From: Eledone cirrhosa
Taxonomy: Eukaryota
NCBI GenBank assembly: GCA_964016885.1
Contig: OZ024744.1
Coordinates: forward strand, 89,714,001 to 89,778,000
Direction: 5' to 3'
Length of the DNA: 64,000 bases
The translations under genes were made by a program, and so were the position numbers. The notes under the pieces are model-generated. The model was not told the DNA's origin and did no database searches. It saw only the letters and a program-made list of their open reading frames with translations. Position 1 is the stretch's first letter, and each line of letters starts with the position of its first letter. This document shows positions 1-12,581 of this stretch, piece by piece.

Positions 1-325
1 TCTTCCCAGCATTTTGTTAAAAGATGGGTGAGAGAAGCAAGTATGGCCCGAATGAATGGGCCTTCTCTGAGTATGTGTCTGTAAATTAAAGGTGGAAAAC
101 TGGGAGAGGGCACTTGCCCTGGTGGTCAGGGCCACTGTGCTCTTTTAATGGGCTTTCTCCACAAATGTCCCTCGGAAGTCTCCCCCCTATTGGGGAATTT
201 TTCTTTGTTATTTTATTTCATCCTCTGTTTTTTTTAAACGCAGAAATGCCCATTTGTACCGTCCTGTATTGTCCTGTACTGTCCTTAATGTCTACTTTAT
301 GTAAACCCTTGTGGTTAATAAAGAA
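1..325 (+). mobile_element. 3' end of an L1/Tx1-like LINE (ORF2 C-terminus and 3' UTR)
   Basis: Reads FVKRWVREASMARMNGPSLSMCL* (stop ~84), then a UTR ending in AATAAAGAAAA just before a (TTA)n tract; family assignment is by resemblance only. Confidence 0.5.
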
Positions 326-327
326 AA

Positions 328-328
<1 letters not shown>

Positions 329-391
<63 letters not shown>
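329..391. repeat. (TTA)n microsatellite
   Basis: Perfect triplet tract abutting the 3' end of the minus-strand R4/Dong fragment. Confidence 0.95.
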
Positions 392-798
392 GTTCTTTGA
401 GTGTCAGTCATTGATGTTAGTTAACTGAAAAGTTTGTTGAAATGAATATCAAGCCACTACCTGCAGCCTCAGATATTCAGGACGTATCGGAGGGTTCTTG
501 CTGTTCCTAGCAAGCACGCCTTTTGAAGTGTTCCAAAAAGCGTAGCGGGGCCAATTTTCTTTAACCATCCCTGGAAACTTTTTGAGATAGTACCTAGTGC
601 GCCTATGACAATCGGGACCACTTTGACTTCATGGCAGTTCCAAATCCTTTTTACCTCCCACTTTAAGTCCTGGTATCGGTTAATTTTCTCCCTCTCCTTC
701 TCTTGCACTCTCGTGTCGAATGGGCAGGCCACATCCACAATCAGGCACGATCTTTTTTCCTTGTCCAAAACCACCAGGTCGGGTCTATTGTGTTCCAA
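392..798 (-). mobile_element. 5'-truncated R4/Dong-like non-LTR retrotransposon (restriction-like endonuclease domain and 3' UTR)
   Basis: HNRPDLVVLD..CLIVDVACPFD..KINRYQDL..VVPIVIGALG..KACLLGTARTLR is a PD-(D/E)xK REL C-terminus; (TTA)n on both sides (329-391, 799-818). Confidence 0.85.
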
Positions 799-819
799 TT
801 ATTATTATTATTATTATTG

Positions 820-930
820 AAGGTTAACGCCGAGGTTAACTTTGTCTTTCATCCATACGGGGTCGATAAAATAAAGTACCAGTAATGCACTGGGTAATTG
901 CTGGCCTTGTGCCAAAAGTAGAAACAATTA
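820..930 (+). mobile_element. SINE family 1 (Nin-core-like), 3' half
   Basis: Core TTTCATCC..CGGGGTCGATAAAATAAAGTACCAG shared with ~10 other copies in the window; ATT tail. Confidence 0.8.
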
Positions 931-1153
931 TTATTATTGAAGGTGAAGCCACGCTTCTTATCGCCTCCAGTTTTTTTCAACGTTTTACCTCGATTTCAAC
1001 CGTTCTAAACCTTTTATTCAAGTTTTAAACTTGATAAAAGTTTAGAAGAAGTGACCCACCTAATACAGGGGTTCACTCGTGAATAATACGGCACCCCTTT
1101 ACGGGGTGTCGTATTGTGTAAAAAAAATTATTTGAAAACAAATTTCTTTCCAC

Positions 1154-3240
1154 ATGAATAACACAAGAAAGAGAGAGAGCGCTGTCAGACAACACAGAGA
1201 GAGGGGCACTTTGTCAGCATATCAACAAGACAGCGTACTAGCGAAGGTAAATATAAAAGAAATATTACGAAGGAAAAGAGGAACAATATCATTTTTAATG
1301 ATATTGTTACAGATTTAAAATTACTAAATATTTCTAACACAAACAACACCAACAATAACACCAACAATAACACCATCAATAATAACAGCAACAACAAAAA
1401 TAACAGCGCTAAGGTCGAGGACGACAATAACAATGACAATAACCACAGCCAAAACAACAATAATAGTAGGAACAGTATCAACAAAAACAACAATAATAAC
1501 AACAGCCACAATAACAGTAACAGCAGCAACAGTATCAACGAAAATAACAACAATGACAACAATAACAGCAACAACAGTACCAACGAAAACAATGACATCG
1601 ACACCAGTAACAGCGATCTCAACACCACCAGTAAGACCAGTAGCGGCAGCAATAGTGGTACCGCTGAAAAAGGGACCACTTCTTTCGCAGGTGTGGCCCG
1701 AGATATCGAAACAGTGTTAGTCACAGAGGAGGAGATGGCAGTCGCAAGGGCCATGGTGGCAAGAAACGCCAATAGATTTTCCCTGAAACCTCCACCCGAT
1801 TTTTTCAAGGACCAGCAGCTACGGACGGTGACTTACCGCACAGTAAGCAAAATCTCACATCGGGTGGAGAGAGCCATGGAGGCTCAAATCCAAAAGGCTT
1901 TGGAGTGCATCTGGGCGCGCAAAACCCACATCACCCGAGGCAGAAAGTACGCCACATTAGACATAATTTTCGCCACCCCCCAGGAAGCAAAGTCTCACTC
2001 TTTGGAAACCCTAACGAGTAAGGAGATATTCTTGGTGCCCTCCTACTGCGGGCAGAAAGTTGTGAGGCTCAAAATGACCCAGGTCCCACCCGATGTGCCC
2101 ATACCTTGGCTGGCCGCGTCTGTCCTTGCTGGAATCGAGGACAGCATTACCATGCTGCAAGTAGAGAAAATAGGGAGAGAGAACTGGTCAGGTATAGGCA
2201 TGCAAATGCAAAATACAAACTGACCAGGAGTGCATCGAGGTTATCGCCGATATCATAGACCTCGAGGAAGGACTCCAACTCCCTATAAGCGTGGAAAGAA
2301 GACGCCCAAAATGTTATCTCTGTGGGTCAAAGTGTCTCCTCAGGGCCATTTGTCTGCAGAAGACAGTGAAGAAGAAGGCCCCTCCTTCCAATGCATGGTC
2401 CGATGCTACCAAGAGCAGTGCAGGCAACAAACGTAGAGGACCCTTCCACGGTGAGTAGGAGGCAACGTCCGTGCACCCATACCAAGGCCATGGACAACTA
2501 AAGCAGCAAAATCAGGGGCGGCAACACCAGTAGCTACATTTGCAGTAGCTGCACCAGCAACAAAATCGCCGGAGAGGGCTCCACTACCACCACCAACAGC
2601 CGTGGAGTACATAACCCTCCCAGACGTCATGGAATCCGACATGGAGTCTGAGGCGGGAGTGAAGTGGCCAACGGTCTGCCACAAAAAAAAAAAAAAAAAA
2701 AAAAACCCTTAGCTTCACCCTCCAAAAGCGAAGGCAAACAAAGAGAGGTAAAGGCTACAAGGCGACTCGCAGCGACTCCACCACCATCACCACCAACAAC
2801 CACCACACCACCACCACCAACATCTCCACGAACATCAACATCGCAAACACAAGACAAACATGCCCAACAGCGGCAACAAGAAAACAGCAACAAAATCACC
2901 CCTCTCTCCAAAGAATACACAGCCATAAACATGGCAAATAAAGAACTCTTACAACATATAAAGCAGCACACAGACATCACAGAAAAAAACTACTACACCC
3001 CACCAACACCAAGAACTCTCCCGACAAACATAAACATAATTGAAATCAAAATAGAACATTACAAACTGTTTAAAGAAAAATTCCCCAACGCAGTTGGAGA
3101 CTTCAGAGGGTCGGTTACAAGAGGATATACACCGACATCCTCTTGGAAACACCCATGACTAGCCAAAGGGACGGTTTTACTGTCCCTTCACCACACGATC
3201 AAGGTAAGTGGTCCTTTCTCACTTACCCCGTTTCTCATCC
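1154..3240 (+). pseudogene. LINE ORF1 (Asn-rich N-terminus, degenerate zinc knuckle, Pro/Thr-rich tail), frameshifted
   Basis: Frame open 1186-2223 (N-rich, then VARDIE..ATLDIIFAT..); CYLCGSKCLLRAIC near 2310-2355 resembles a CX2CX4HX4C knuckle with H lost. Confidence 0.6.
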
Positions 3241-3243
3241 AAC

Positions 3244-4125
3244 ATGGCCGTACTTAGAATAGGCAGTATAAATGTACGTGGCCTGGGGTCATCTTGGAAG
3301 CAGGGTCACCTGCTCAACGACCTCAGGTCACTAAACATAGATGTGGTGGCCATCAGAGAGACCAGAATCTCCGAAGCACGAGCCTTCGTACCGATCTTCG
3401 GTGGCTACGATGTATACACATCTCCCACCCGTCCAGGACCGGGGGAGGGGTTGCCGTGGTTTTTCGGAGAGGCTTGGATCTCAACATACGGGCCATCTTC
3501 CTTGACCCAGAAGGTAAGTCGGTGGTGCTGGACGTGACCGGCAGCGAAGGCAATGCTTTCAGCCTAGTAGCCGTCTACGCCCCAACAGGGGCAGGACGGC
3601 TAGATTTCTTTAGACGTCTAGAGACCTCTTTAGTGTTAGTGGGCGACTGGAACGGTATCTTAGATGCACGCTGGGATTATGTGGGGCTAGTAGACAGGGA
3701 AGGAGGGTGTAAAAGCCTCAACAACCTGCTCAGACGTTTTGAACTGTCTGACAGGTATAGACTGGATTATCCGAATGTGCCAATGAGAACATGGGCAAAC
3801 CGCATCGGGTCATCCAAATTGTATTTAGATAGGGTATTCTGTAGGGAAACAGATAAGGCAATTTGTGATCTGTGAAGTTGACTTACATAGACTCCATAGG
3901 TAAGGGCCCGGTTACTGAAAGTTGAACGCGTCATTCCCGGCGCGTAAAGCTTACAGAGACCGGATAAGCGAATTAGTTAAGCGTGCGTTGACGGGTGCGA
4001 TCGTCAACAACAGGTGGTGGTTTACCCTGAAAAGGGCAATTAGAGTAGAATCGATAAAAGGGCAATTAGAGTAGAATCGCCTGTGGGAGTGAAGGAGTGT
4101 TGATGAAGATTTAAAGGAATTAAAG

Positions 4126-4215
<90 letters not shown>

Positions 4216-5730
4216 AAGGTTTAGCAAAGGAGTAGTGATTGAGGAAAATAGAGTAGAGGGAGAGCTAGTTAGAAAGCTAAAAGAGACGTTTAGGTTGGCA
4301 CCGCAATCGACGTGCTTGGCACACGACCAAATCTTCAACGCAAAGCATGAAGGATGCATTGTCAGGGCTAGAGTGCGTGCTCAGAGACACTAGGGTACGA
4401 AAGCCGTTCAATGGGCCCGGGTGGTGGAGGCGTGACATGGCAACAAGTCCACAGTTCGTTATTTGCCTGATCAAAACGGGCGCATGTTGCTCGAACCCGA
4501 GCAGATGTGTGCGGCTTTTCAACAGCACTTTACTCAATTGTTCGGGAGCGGCGGCGGGCCGGATCGGAGTATGGACTTCAGTGCATACCTCGACGGACTG
4601 TCGCGGCTCTAGAAGACCGCAGCGTAGTGCTGCGGAAAGCCGATAACAGCAAATGAAATACGGGAAGCGATGTCTGACTGCAAGAGTGGTAAATCGCCAG
4701 GTTTGGATGGTCTGCCCTACGAGCTTTATGCCAGACTTGTTCGGCGACCTCTTGGCAGATGTCTACTGCAACTGGCAGCAAAACGGGAGCATTCCCAGTT
4801 TTTGTGAGCCGGGGAGCTGTGGCGCTGCTGAGAAAAGACCTGAACAAGGGGGACGTTATAGAAAACTTCAGGCCCATAACTCTGCTAAACGCAGAGTTCA
4901 AGAATTTGGCCAAGATGTTAGCAACGAAATTGGCGATAGTCGTCGGTGATCTGGTAGGAGAGGCGTAGACATACGCCATTCCGGGCAGATCCATCCATGA
5001 CAACCTCTATCTCATGCGATACATCATAGAGAGGGTGGTTAAGGAACCTGGCATGGGTGGGGCCATGATCAACTTGGATCAATCTAAAGTATTTGATAGG
5101 GTCGACCGTCGGTACCTGGCTGCGGTCCTCGAGGAGGCCGGCTTCGGGCCCGTTTTTAGGGGCTGGATCGCTGCGATGCACTGCGACATCTGTTCGATTG
5201 TGAAAGTGAATGGTCACCTGTCGCAGCCGTTCAGCATCATGCGCTCGGTCCGCCAGCGTTGCCCCCTCTCGTCCCTCTTGTGCGTACTGGCCCTAGAGCC
5301 ATTACTGCACAAATTGGAGATCATGAGGGAGATCTCAGGCGAACTGTGATGCGGGAGATCCGTGTCAGCTTAGGCCGACGACGTCACCGTGGTGGTGTCG
5401 AGCACCAAACATGTCCAGATGCTCAGCACCGCTCTCAAGGAATACGAAGCGGTGAGAGGAGCAAAGATAAATCAGGAAAAGTCGATGGTCTTGCAACTCG
5501 GCACCTGGAGAGGCAAGTCCATGCCGTCCGACAGTGTCGTGGGGCGCTGGGCGGAAGGGGCAGTTAAATTGCTCGTAGACTGGTTCGGTCCAGACCTCTA
5601 TATGGAGAAAAACTGGAGTGAGGTGACGAGCAGGGTGGCTTCTCTCACCCAGAAATGGGCCGAGATTAGGCTGTCTCAGAAAGGTCGGGTGGAGGTGGTG
5701 AATGCGTACATCGCACCCGTCATCTGTAAC
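3244..5730 (+). pseudogene. LINE ORF2 endonuclease/reverse transcriptase, disrupted
   Basis: MAVLRIGSINVRGL, VYAPT, VGDWN, YLDR (APE); KSPGLDGLPYE, NFRPITLLNAEFK, LDQSKVFDRVD, SVRQRCPLS; YADD mutated to *ADD near 5371. Confidence 0.9.
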
Positions 5731-6004
5731 CGCCTGTGGGAGTGAAGGAGTGTTGATGAAGATTTAAAGGAATTAAAGCACACACACACACATATATATA
5801 TATACACATAAAATGGTAAATGTTGACAGCAAGACAATGGGATGAGAGCGTTTAAGAAAGGAGCTGTAAAAGTACCCTCCTGCTGGTTCCATTTCATTTA
5901 TTGAAGGAGGGTACTTTCTTAAACACTCTCATCCCATTTTCTTGCTGTCAACATTTACCATGTTCTGTGTATATATGTATGTGTGTGTGTGTGTGCGTGC
6001 GTGC

Positions 6005-6098
<94 letters not shown>

Positions 6099-6144
6099 GC
6101 TTTAATTCCTTTAAATATTTATCAACACACCTTCACTCCCACAC
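5731..6144. repeat. Foldback element with (CA)/(TG) tracts inside its arms
   Basis: TGTGGGAGTGAAGGAGTGTTGATGAAGATTTAAAGGAATTAAAGCAC is inverted at ~6097-6143; inner arms 5813-5880 vs 5906-5962; the left end is copied at 4079-4140. Confidence 0.8.
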
Positions 6145-6478
6145 TTATTAACACCCCACCCCACCCCAGACACATCCAAATATCTCTTATATATAGAGTC
6201 ACACATCACAACACAACCTGAGCTCAGTTTGACAATCGCCCCACTGATGGATGCAAGAAAGTTCTCTAAGAAAGTTAACCAGGAATCTTTAAAATTCTTC
6301 CCACCAAAGTTAACAAAGAACTTACTGGATCTACCACCTCATAATGTTATAATATTATAAAATTAAATTAAATTATTTAACACTACAAGTGAAGTCACTC
6401 TTTTCCTTTTTTTTCAAATATACCTAACTGTACCAAGGATTTCACACATTTTCCAATATATATATATATATATATTTT

Positions 6479-6634
<156 letters not shown>

Positions 6635-6904
6635 TATAAATATTAATAAAATAGATGTTCTTTTGATCAATTACATTTTATTATACATATTTCGGATGTA
6701 CAAGAGTTTTATTTCGTTTCTGAATTTGTTTAGCAATATTCTTTATCTGAAATCGTGTGTTGAAACCGATATTGTTATACTTTGGGAGGGTCATATTGCC
6801 AATAAGAAACACACGCACCAGTTGCTTTCACTTCAATTTATTATATATTTATAAATTTATAAATTTCTGGTTGGTTGGTTCCACAACCAGATAGTTGTTT
6901 ATAT

Positions 6905-6952
6905 ATAGTCATAGTTCTTTCGTCACACACTCTGTGCCCTCTTCAGTGACTG
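6905..6952 (-). ncRNA. Minimal hammerhead ribozyme motif in PLE 3' UTR
   Basis: CTGAAGA-GGGCACAGAGTGTGTGAC-GAAA-GAACTA on the minus strand; stem II imperfect. Confidence 0.6.
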
Positions 6953-7161
6953 GGGATTCCTTTCTTTGTTTCTGTGCCTCTCCTTTGTTCTGTCCTACGC
7001 CATTTTGTTTCTGTGTGTGTGTTGTGTGCTCAGTCTGCGCATGCGCCACATCCGGGTGTCTGTGTGTGTTCATTTATTTATTTGTTCATTTATTTATTTG
7101 TTTATTTACATGTTACTGGTTGGTTGTTTGTTCTATGTGTGTGTGTGTTTTCATTTTGTCC

Positions 7162-9357
7162 TTAATTGTAAGTTGTGATGTTGCTGTTCCACTCATATTT
7201 TCTATTTAATTTTGGTTGTAATTCTTTTATGTTTATTGCCTCTGTAATTTGTCTAAACATTGCGTCTTTTCTGTGTGTAGATTCTATTTTTATTTCTATG
7301 TTCTCTAATTTACCCTTGTGTTCTATCTTAGCATGTTGGTAGAGTACAGATGATTCTTTATTATCTTGAAGGTCTCGCCAGTGTTCATTTATCCGTTCCC
7401 CTACACTACGAGCTGTCTCACCTATGTACACTATATTTTTGTCTCTACATTGTCCTTCAGTACATCTTATGCTATACACTACATTTCTAGTTTTACAGTT
7501 AATATGGGGGCTTATTTTACAGGTTATACATTTCTTATCTATACATGAGGGTCTTTGAAAAGGGTATGTCTTGCTAATAAGTGTTTTTACGGAGGTACCT
7601 GGTCTTTCTACTATCTTAATATTGAGTTTATGTTTATTTAGGGCCCTTCTAAATTTGTAAGCTAATTCACCTCTAGGGGTTGTATCGATGAACATTACAC
7701 TCTGGTATTTATTGCTATCATACCATGAGTTTACTCTATTGGCCTTGTTCCTAGTTCTTTCTATTCTATTCCAAAATTTGCTCCTATACAAGGGGCAGGT
7801 CCCATTTATGTTATTATTTACCATTTTTTCCCATTTGGTTCTGGCTCCTCTATACACTCTGATTTTATCTCTCTGATTGTAGCCAGAGAACTGCATACGG
7901 TGGATGAAGTGTTGCATGTGTCTCTCTAGTTCTTCGGGGTTGCACATGCGGGACACATTTCTCATCACCCGTATCAAATCCGCAATCAGTCTGTTGATTT
8001 TGGTATGGTCCGAAATGGCCGAGTTTCGGTGGATCAGATGTTTGGAAGTCATGGGTTTGGCATAATGGGAATGGAGGATTTGTTTTTTGTTGTTAATGGT
8101 ATCTAACCAGAGCTCTGTGTCTAGTACAGGTAATCGATGGTTGGGGTGTTTACTTGGGTAGTCTATAGTAACTCTAATGCTCTGGTGGATGGAGTTTGCT
8201 ATTTGCTGGATGCTTTCCATTGTGTTTTTCTCTAGTTCCTGACTGTTCTCTATTTGGGGTGTCTTAACTACGATGTTTATATCATCTAAGTAGCGGGAGT
8301 ACATTATCAGGGTTAAGGGGTCTTCTAATTGTTCTTTAAGTTTAAGTTTAAGTCTACTGTCCCACCATACCATGAATAAGTTAGCTATGTCGCCTGCAAT
8401 GCTAACACCAATGGCTGCTCCTTCCTCTTGGGCATATGTTTTTCCATTAAATTTGAACATATGTTCCTTAAGGGTTAGTTTTATGCTGGCCCCTACCGCA
8501 TGTGCAATAATTTTCTTCAGTTCATCGTGGTTTTCGGGTGTCCATATGGCTCTGGTCCACCCGTTCCATCTATCTGTGTGGGTTTTCTTGGCCATTGAGG
8601 TAATGGTAGGTGGTCTGCCTCTTGCTGGTCTTGTAGGGCACAGGTTGCTAAGGTCATATGTGTCTAGGTAACTATTACTATAGGTAAGCTTAAGTAGGAG
8701 TCCCAGCTCACTGGTATGAATCCCACGGAACTCAACCTTGCTCTCACTGATCATTTCTACGCATTTCTCCACAGCAAAATCCACGTCAATAGATGGATAC
8801 AGGGACACAACATCCATACTGCCTATTATGCAGTTTGTTAGGTCCCCAGATCGGTTACTCACGCCGATTCTGCTGAGGAGGTCCTCCGTGCTGTCACATA
8901 CATCTGGGGACATTTCAATGATGGGGCGTATGATCAGGGAGAGGAAGTAGGACAGTCTGTAGTTACTAGCAATGTTAGCTCCACAGACTGGCGGTGTTGG
9001 TGGTCCCGCGACAGGGTCACAGCCCGTTTTATGGTCTTTTCGAAGCCCATACAACGCCGGCACGTCATTGTTCCAGGCCTGGAAGTTGTTGGCAGTCCTT
9101 TTGTTGGGCTGCATTATATTCGTCCACATCACCATATGGGCATTGAGGGCTTTTTCTCTATCCTCATGCTCCTGTGGTGTTACCTCTCTTGTGTTAGTGA
9201 TGTGGCGTTGCATTGCCTGGATGTAGTTTGGCAGGCTGTCAACCGACATTCTGCCAGACTTGTCTGTTGGAAAGCATGCTATCTCTCCATTACGTGAGCG
9301 CTGCATGAGCTTACGCAAGCCATTTGCAGATTTTTCTCCCAGTTGCTGGGCCTCCAT
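7162..9357 (-). CDS. PLE reverse transcriptase + C-terminal GIY-YIG endonuclease (N-terminally truncated)
   Basis: TDKSG, LYGLRKDHK, GSMDVVSLYPSID, QEEGAAIG, RYLDD, LPVLD; Cys cluster CIDKKCITC..C, VVYSIRC..YIGETARS..ERINEH, LNRKYEWN. Confidence 0.92.
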   Translation of the reverse strand: MEAQQLGEKSANGLRKLMQRSRNGEIACFPTDKSGRMSVDSLPNYIQAMQRHITNTREVTPQEHEDREKALNAHMVMWTNIMQPNKRTANNFQAWNNDVPALYGLRKDHKTGCDPVAGPPTPPVCGANIASNYRLSYFLSLIIRPIIEMSPDVCDSTEDLLSRIGVSNRSGDLTNCIIGSMDVVSLYPSIDVDFAVEKCVEMISESKVEFRGIHTSELGLLLKLTYSNSYLDTYDLSNLCPTRPARGRPPTITSMAKKTHTDRWNGWTRAIWTPENHDELKKIIAHAVGASIKLTLKEHMFKFNGKTYAQEEGAAIGVSIAGDIANLFMVWWDSRLKLKLKEQLEDPLTLIMYSRYLDDINIVVKTPQIENSQELEKNTMESIQQIANSIHQSIRVTIDYPSKHPNHRLPVLDTELWLDTINNKKQILHSHYAKPMTSKHLIHRNSAISDHTKINRLIADLIRVMRNVSRMCNPEELERHMQHFIHRMQFSGYNQRDKIRVYRGARTKWEKMVNNNINGTCPLYRSKFWNRIERTRNKANRVNSWYDSNKYQSVMFIDTTPRGELAYKFRRALNKHKLNIKIVERPGTSVKTLISKTYPFQRPSCIDKKCITCKISPHINCKTRNVVYSIRCTEGQCRDKNIVYIGETARSVGERINEHWRDLQDNKESSVLYQHAKIEHKGKLENIEIKIESTHRKDAMFRQITEAINIKELQPKLNRKYEWNSNITTYN

Positions 9358-9401
9358 TCTATTATGCTTCTTGCTATACTGTTCTATAATATATATATAT
9401 A

Positions 9402-9432
<31 letters not shown>

Positions 9433-9486
9433 TTATATGTGTGTATAGATATTTATATATATTTATGTATATCTATATAATTTTAA

Positions 9487-10273
9487 GGCGATATCCAATT
9501 TTAGCTGTCTAAATGCCGCTTACTTGCTGCAGTTGCTGCTTACTTCAATGTATGAGGCTATTCCAACAAATTTACATTCCCCTTTTTTTCAGCCGTTAAA
9601 AGAAATATAGATTTTTTTTTTTTTTTTTTGCGATTTATTTGCCACTGGGGTATAGATTTCTTTATTTGCCCCTTTTTTCTTTGTTTGTTTTTTGGCGATT
9701 TATTAGCCTTTTGGGGTCACACACACCCCCGTAGAAAGTGTGCGACCTTTCTGCCAGGGAGTACAGAGAGAGGGGGTGCTCCCTTCTTCTCTTAACTGTA
9801 CAAGCCGATATAGAGAGATGGCCCACTTACACGGGCCATTATTGCTACTTTTACCCATCTTTCATGGAATTGGTTGGGACTGAGTGCCTTTTTCGGGTGA
9901 AAGTAGCAATAATGGCCCGTGTAAGTGGGCCATCACTCTATATCGGCTTGTACAGGTAAGAGAAGAAGGGAGCACCCCCCCCCCCTCTCTCTGTGCTCCC
10001 TGGCAGAAAGGTCGCACACTTTCTACGGGGGCGTGTGTGACCCCAAAAGGCTAATAAATCGCAAAAAAACAAACAAACAAAAAAGGGGCAAATAAAGAAA
10101 TCTATGCCCCAGTGGCAAATAAATCGCAAAAAAATAAAAATAAATAAATCTATATTTCTTTTAACGGCTAAAAAAAGGGGGAATGTAAATTTGTTGGAAT
10201 AGCCTCATACATTGAAGTAAGCAGCAACTGCAGCAAGTAAGCGGCATTTAGACAGCTAAAATTGGATATCGCC
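9487..10273. mobile_element. Foldback MITE with ~370-bp terminal inverted repeats and 8-bp TSD (Merlin-like)
   Basis: Starts GGCGATATCCAATTTTAGCTG, ends CAGCTAAAATTGGATATCGCC; AATTTTAA at 9479-9486 and 10274-10281; spacer ~9857-9894. Confidence 0.85.
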
Positions 10274-11079
10274 AATTTTAATTTTAATTTTTTAATTCTT
10301 TAATTCTTACATTATATTTTTCCAATGACACCCTCTAACGCTATTTTTAAACGTAGATTAATAACTATTAACTGACATTAAAAACATGTATCCTATTCAA
10401 GACGATTTTTAAACATTCACACTTCTTTCGACTAAATAATTAATTAATCTCACACTAACTCTTAAAAAATGTATCGATTAACAAACAAAATTGGAGTTAT
10501 CTTTCCTTTCTCAATCATATAAACTTATTACATTATTATATATGTAACTCCGTTAAATTAAAACATTCTCAAAGCCGAACAAGATATTCAAATATATAAA
10601 TTCATAATTTTAACTACCTAATTATTTACATAAAATACAAAATCAACTTCCCTCGTAACTCATATTATAAACAGCTAATACTTGCAAATTATCTCTTTAA
10701 TAATAATACATATGCTATTATTAAAATAGATATAGATATTTATATATTTAACCTACTACAATATTGTAATAAGATAAATACTTACAAACATAATTCTCCA
10801 TAGAAATATATATATATTATAGGTAAATATTCAATTTTTTTCCCCTCAATCTACTATATAAGTCCCGCTCTGTCTATGTGTATAAAGTATTATAACTTGC
10901 GTATTGTTCACCCGATCTCGCTAAAATTTTACACATTGCCAAAGGAGGATGCGAGACGTGTCAATAACAACTATTTATTGCATAATTGTTACTTTCAAAG
11001 TGATAATCGCCATTTTTCTAATCCTTGTGTGACTGCGTTAAAAAATCTCCATTAGAACTGCCATAAGCAGGAACACGGT

Positions 11080-11172
11080 TGAGAAAGAGAAGGAAGTAGA
11101 AAGTGCAGAGTAAGAGAAGGAATGTCTATAGGAGGGAAACAGCGACAGAAAGAAAGAGACAAAGAAAAAAGG

Positions 11173-11259
<87 letters not shown>

Positions 11260-11460
11260 TGTGTGAGAGAAGGGACTGACAAAAAGAGAGAGAAAGAAGA
11301 GGCTGTGTGAGAGGGGAAAGAAAGAGAGAGTGAGACAGTAAGTAACCACATGTGAGAAGAGAAGCAGACGACAATATAAAATATTAAACACGATATAAAA
11401 AAATATTTTTGTAAATATGGCAATATTTTATATATGCATACATGCATAGATAAATCTACA
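11080..11460 (+). repeat. ~380-430 bp (AG)n-containing direct repeat, copy 1 (others ~12187-12560, ~23190-23620)
   Basis: CTATAGGAGGGAAACAGCGACAGAAAGAAAGAGAC..(AG)n..GAGACAGTAAGTAACCACATG present in all three copies. Confidence 0.85.
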
Positions 11461-12581
11461 TATACAATTGCATGTGTATAGTAAAAAATATATGTGTATG
11501 TACGCATATGAAAACACGTATACATAAATGAAGGTAGAAGTAAAATAGGTATATAGTAGTTGATAGTCGACTATATACGCACATATAAATAAGAATATAT
11601 ACATACATTAAAATATAAAAATGAAATGGTAAAATAATATAATAAAAATTAAAGATAAAAATAAAAATAAAATAAAAAATAAAAATAAAAAACCTTATGC
11701 AAAAAAATATATTAATAAAAATTGAAATAAAAACAAGCATGCACACTTACGGACGTAGAGACAAAAAACATAAACAAAAGGCGAAGAAACAAAAAGACTA
11801 AGACTAAAACACAAAAAAACACTCATAGAAAAGCATAAAAAGTTAGGGCTAAACACACACACACTACACACACATACATACATATATGGCGACGTAGACA
11901 AAAATACATATACACAAATACAGACATGAACATTTGAAAGATGAGCAATGGTAAGGGGTGTGTGATATAGTGAGACACAATGTCAGACAAGGTATGGATA
12001 CATATATAATAAAAATAAAGAATAAAAATATAAATGAACAATGAAAAAATTAAAATACAGTAAAAATAGTCAGGGGTGTTATAAAGTAAAAAAATAAAGG
12101 TAAAAATGAATATATAAATGTATATTTATATCTGTACGTATACGTGTGTATGTTTTTTACTCATAACTCCGATAAACGCGGTACATTGAGAAAGAGAAGG
12201 AAGTAGAAAGTGCAGAGTAGAGGAGAGAGGGGGACAGAAAAATAAAGAGAGAGAATGTCTATAGGAGGGAAACAGCGACAGAAAGAAAGAGACAAAAAAG
12301 GAAGCGGAGGGGAGAGAGAGAGAGAGAGAGAGAGAAAACGCTGTATGAGAGAAGGGACTGGCAAAAAAGAGAGAAAGAAGAGGCTGTGTGATAGGGGAAA
12401 GAAAGAGAGAGTGAGACAGTAAGTAACCACATGTTGTGAGAAGAGAAGCAGACGATAATATAAAATATTAAACACGATATTAGAAAAATATTTTTGTAAA
12501 TATGGCAATATTTTATATATGCATGCATGCATAGATAAATACATACATATGTTTACAGGTATATATATATATATATATATA

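Larger units (their letters stand above)
943..5730 (+). mobile_element. Decayed L1/Tx1-clade LINE (5' UTR, ORF1, ORF2 APE-RT), 3'-truncated
   Basis: ORF1 followed by APE endonuclease and RT motifs; many frameshifts; interrupted at 4079-4213. Confidence 0.85.
6650..9390 (-). mobile_element. Penelope-like retroelement (Naiad-like), 5'-truncated, between (TA)n tracts
   Basis: Uninterrupted RT-GIY-YIG ORF, 3' UTR with hammerhead motif, terminal motif ATGACCCTCCCAAAGTATAACAATA also seen at ~42680, ~45212 and ~62695. Confidence 0.9.

Noticed and set aside
1185-1808. Leu-rich membrane protein ORF on the minus strand
   Set aside because: Antisense shadow of the AAC/AAT-rich LINE ORF1
7162-9357. Selenoprotein-type Naiad (in-frame TGA plus SECIS)
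   Set aside because: No in-frame TGA in the retained ORF, and I could not support a SECIS by eye
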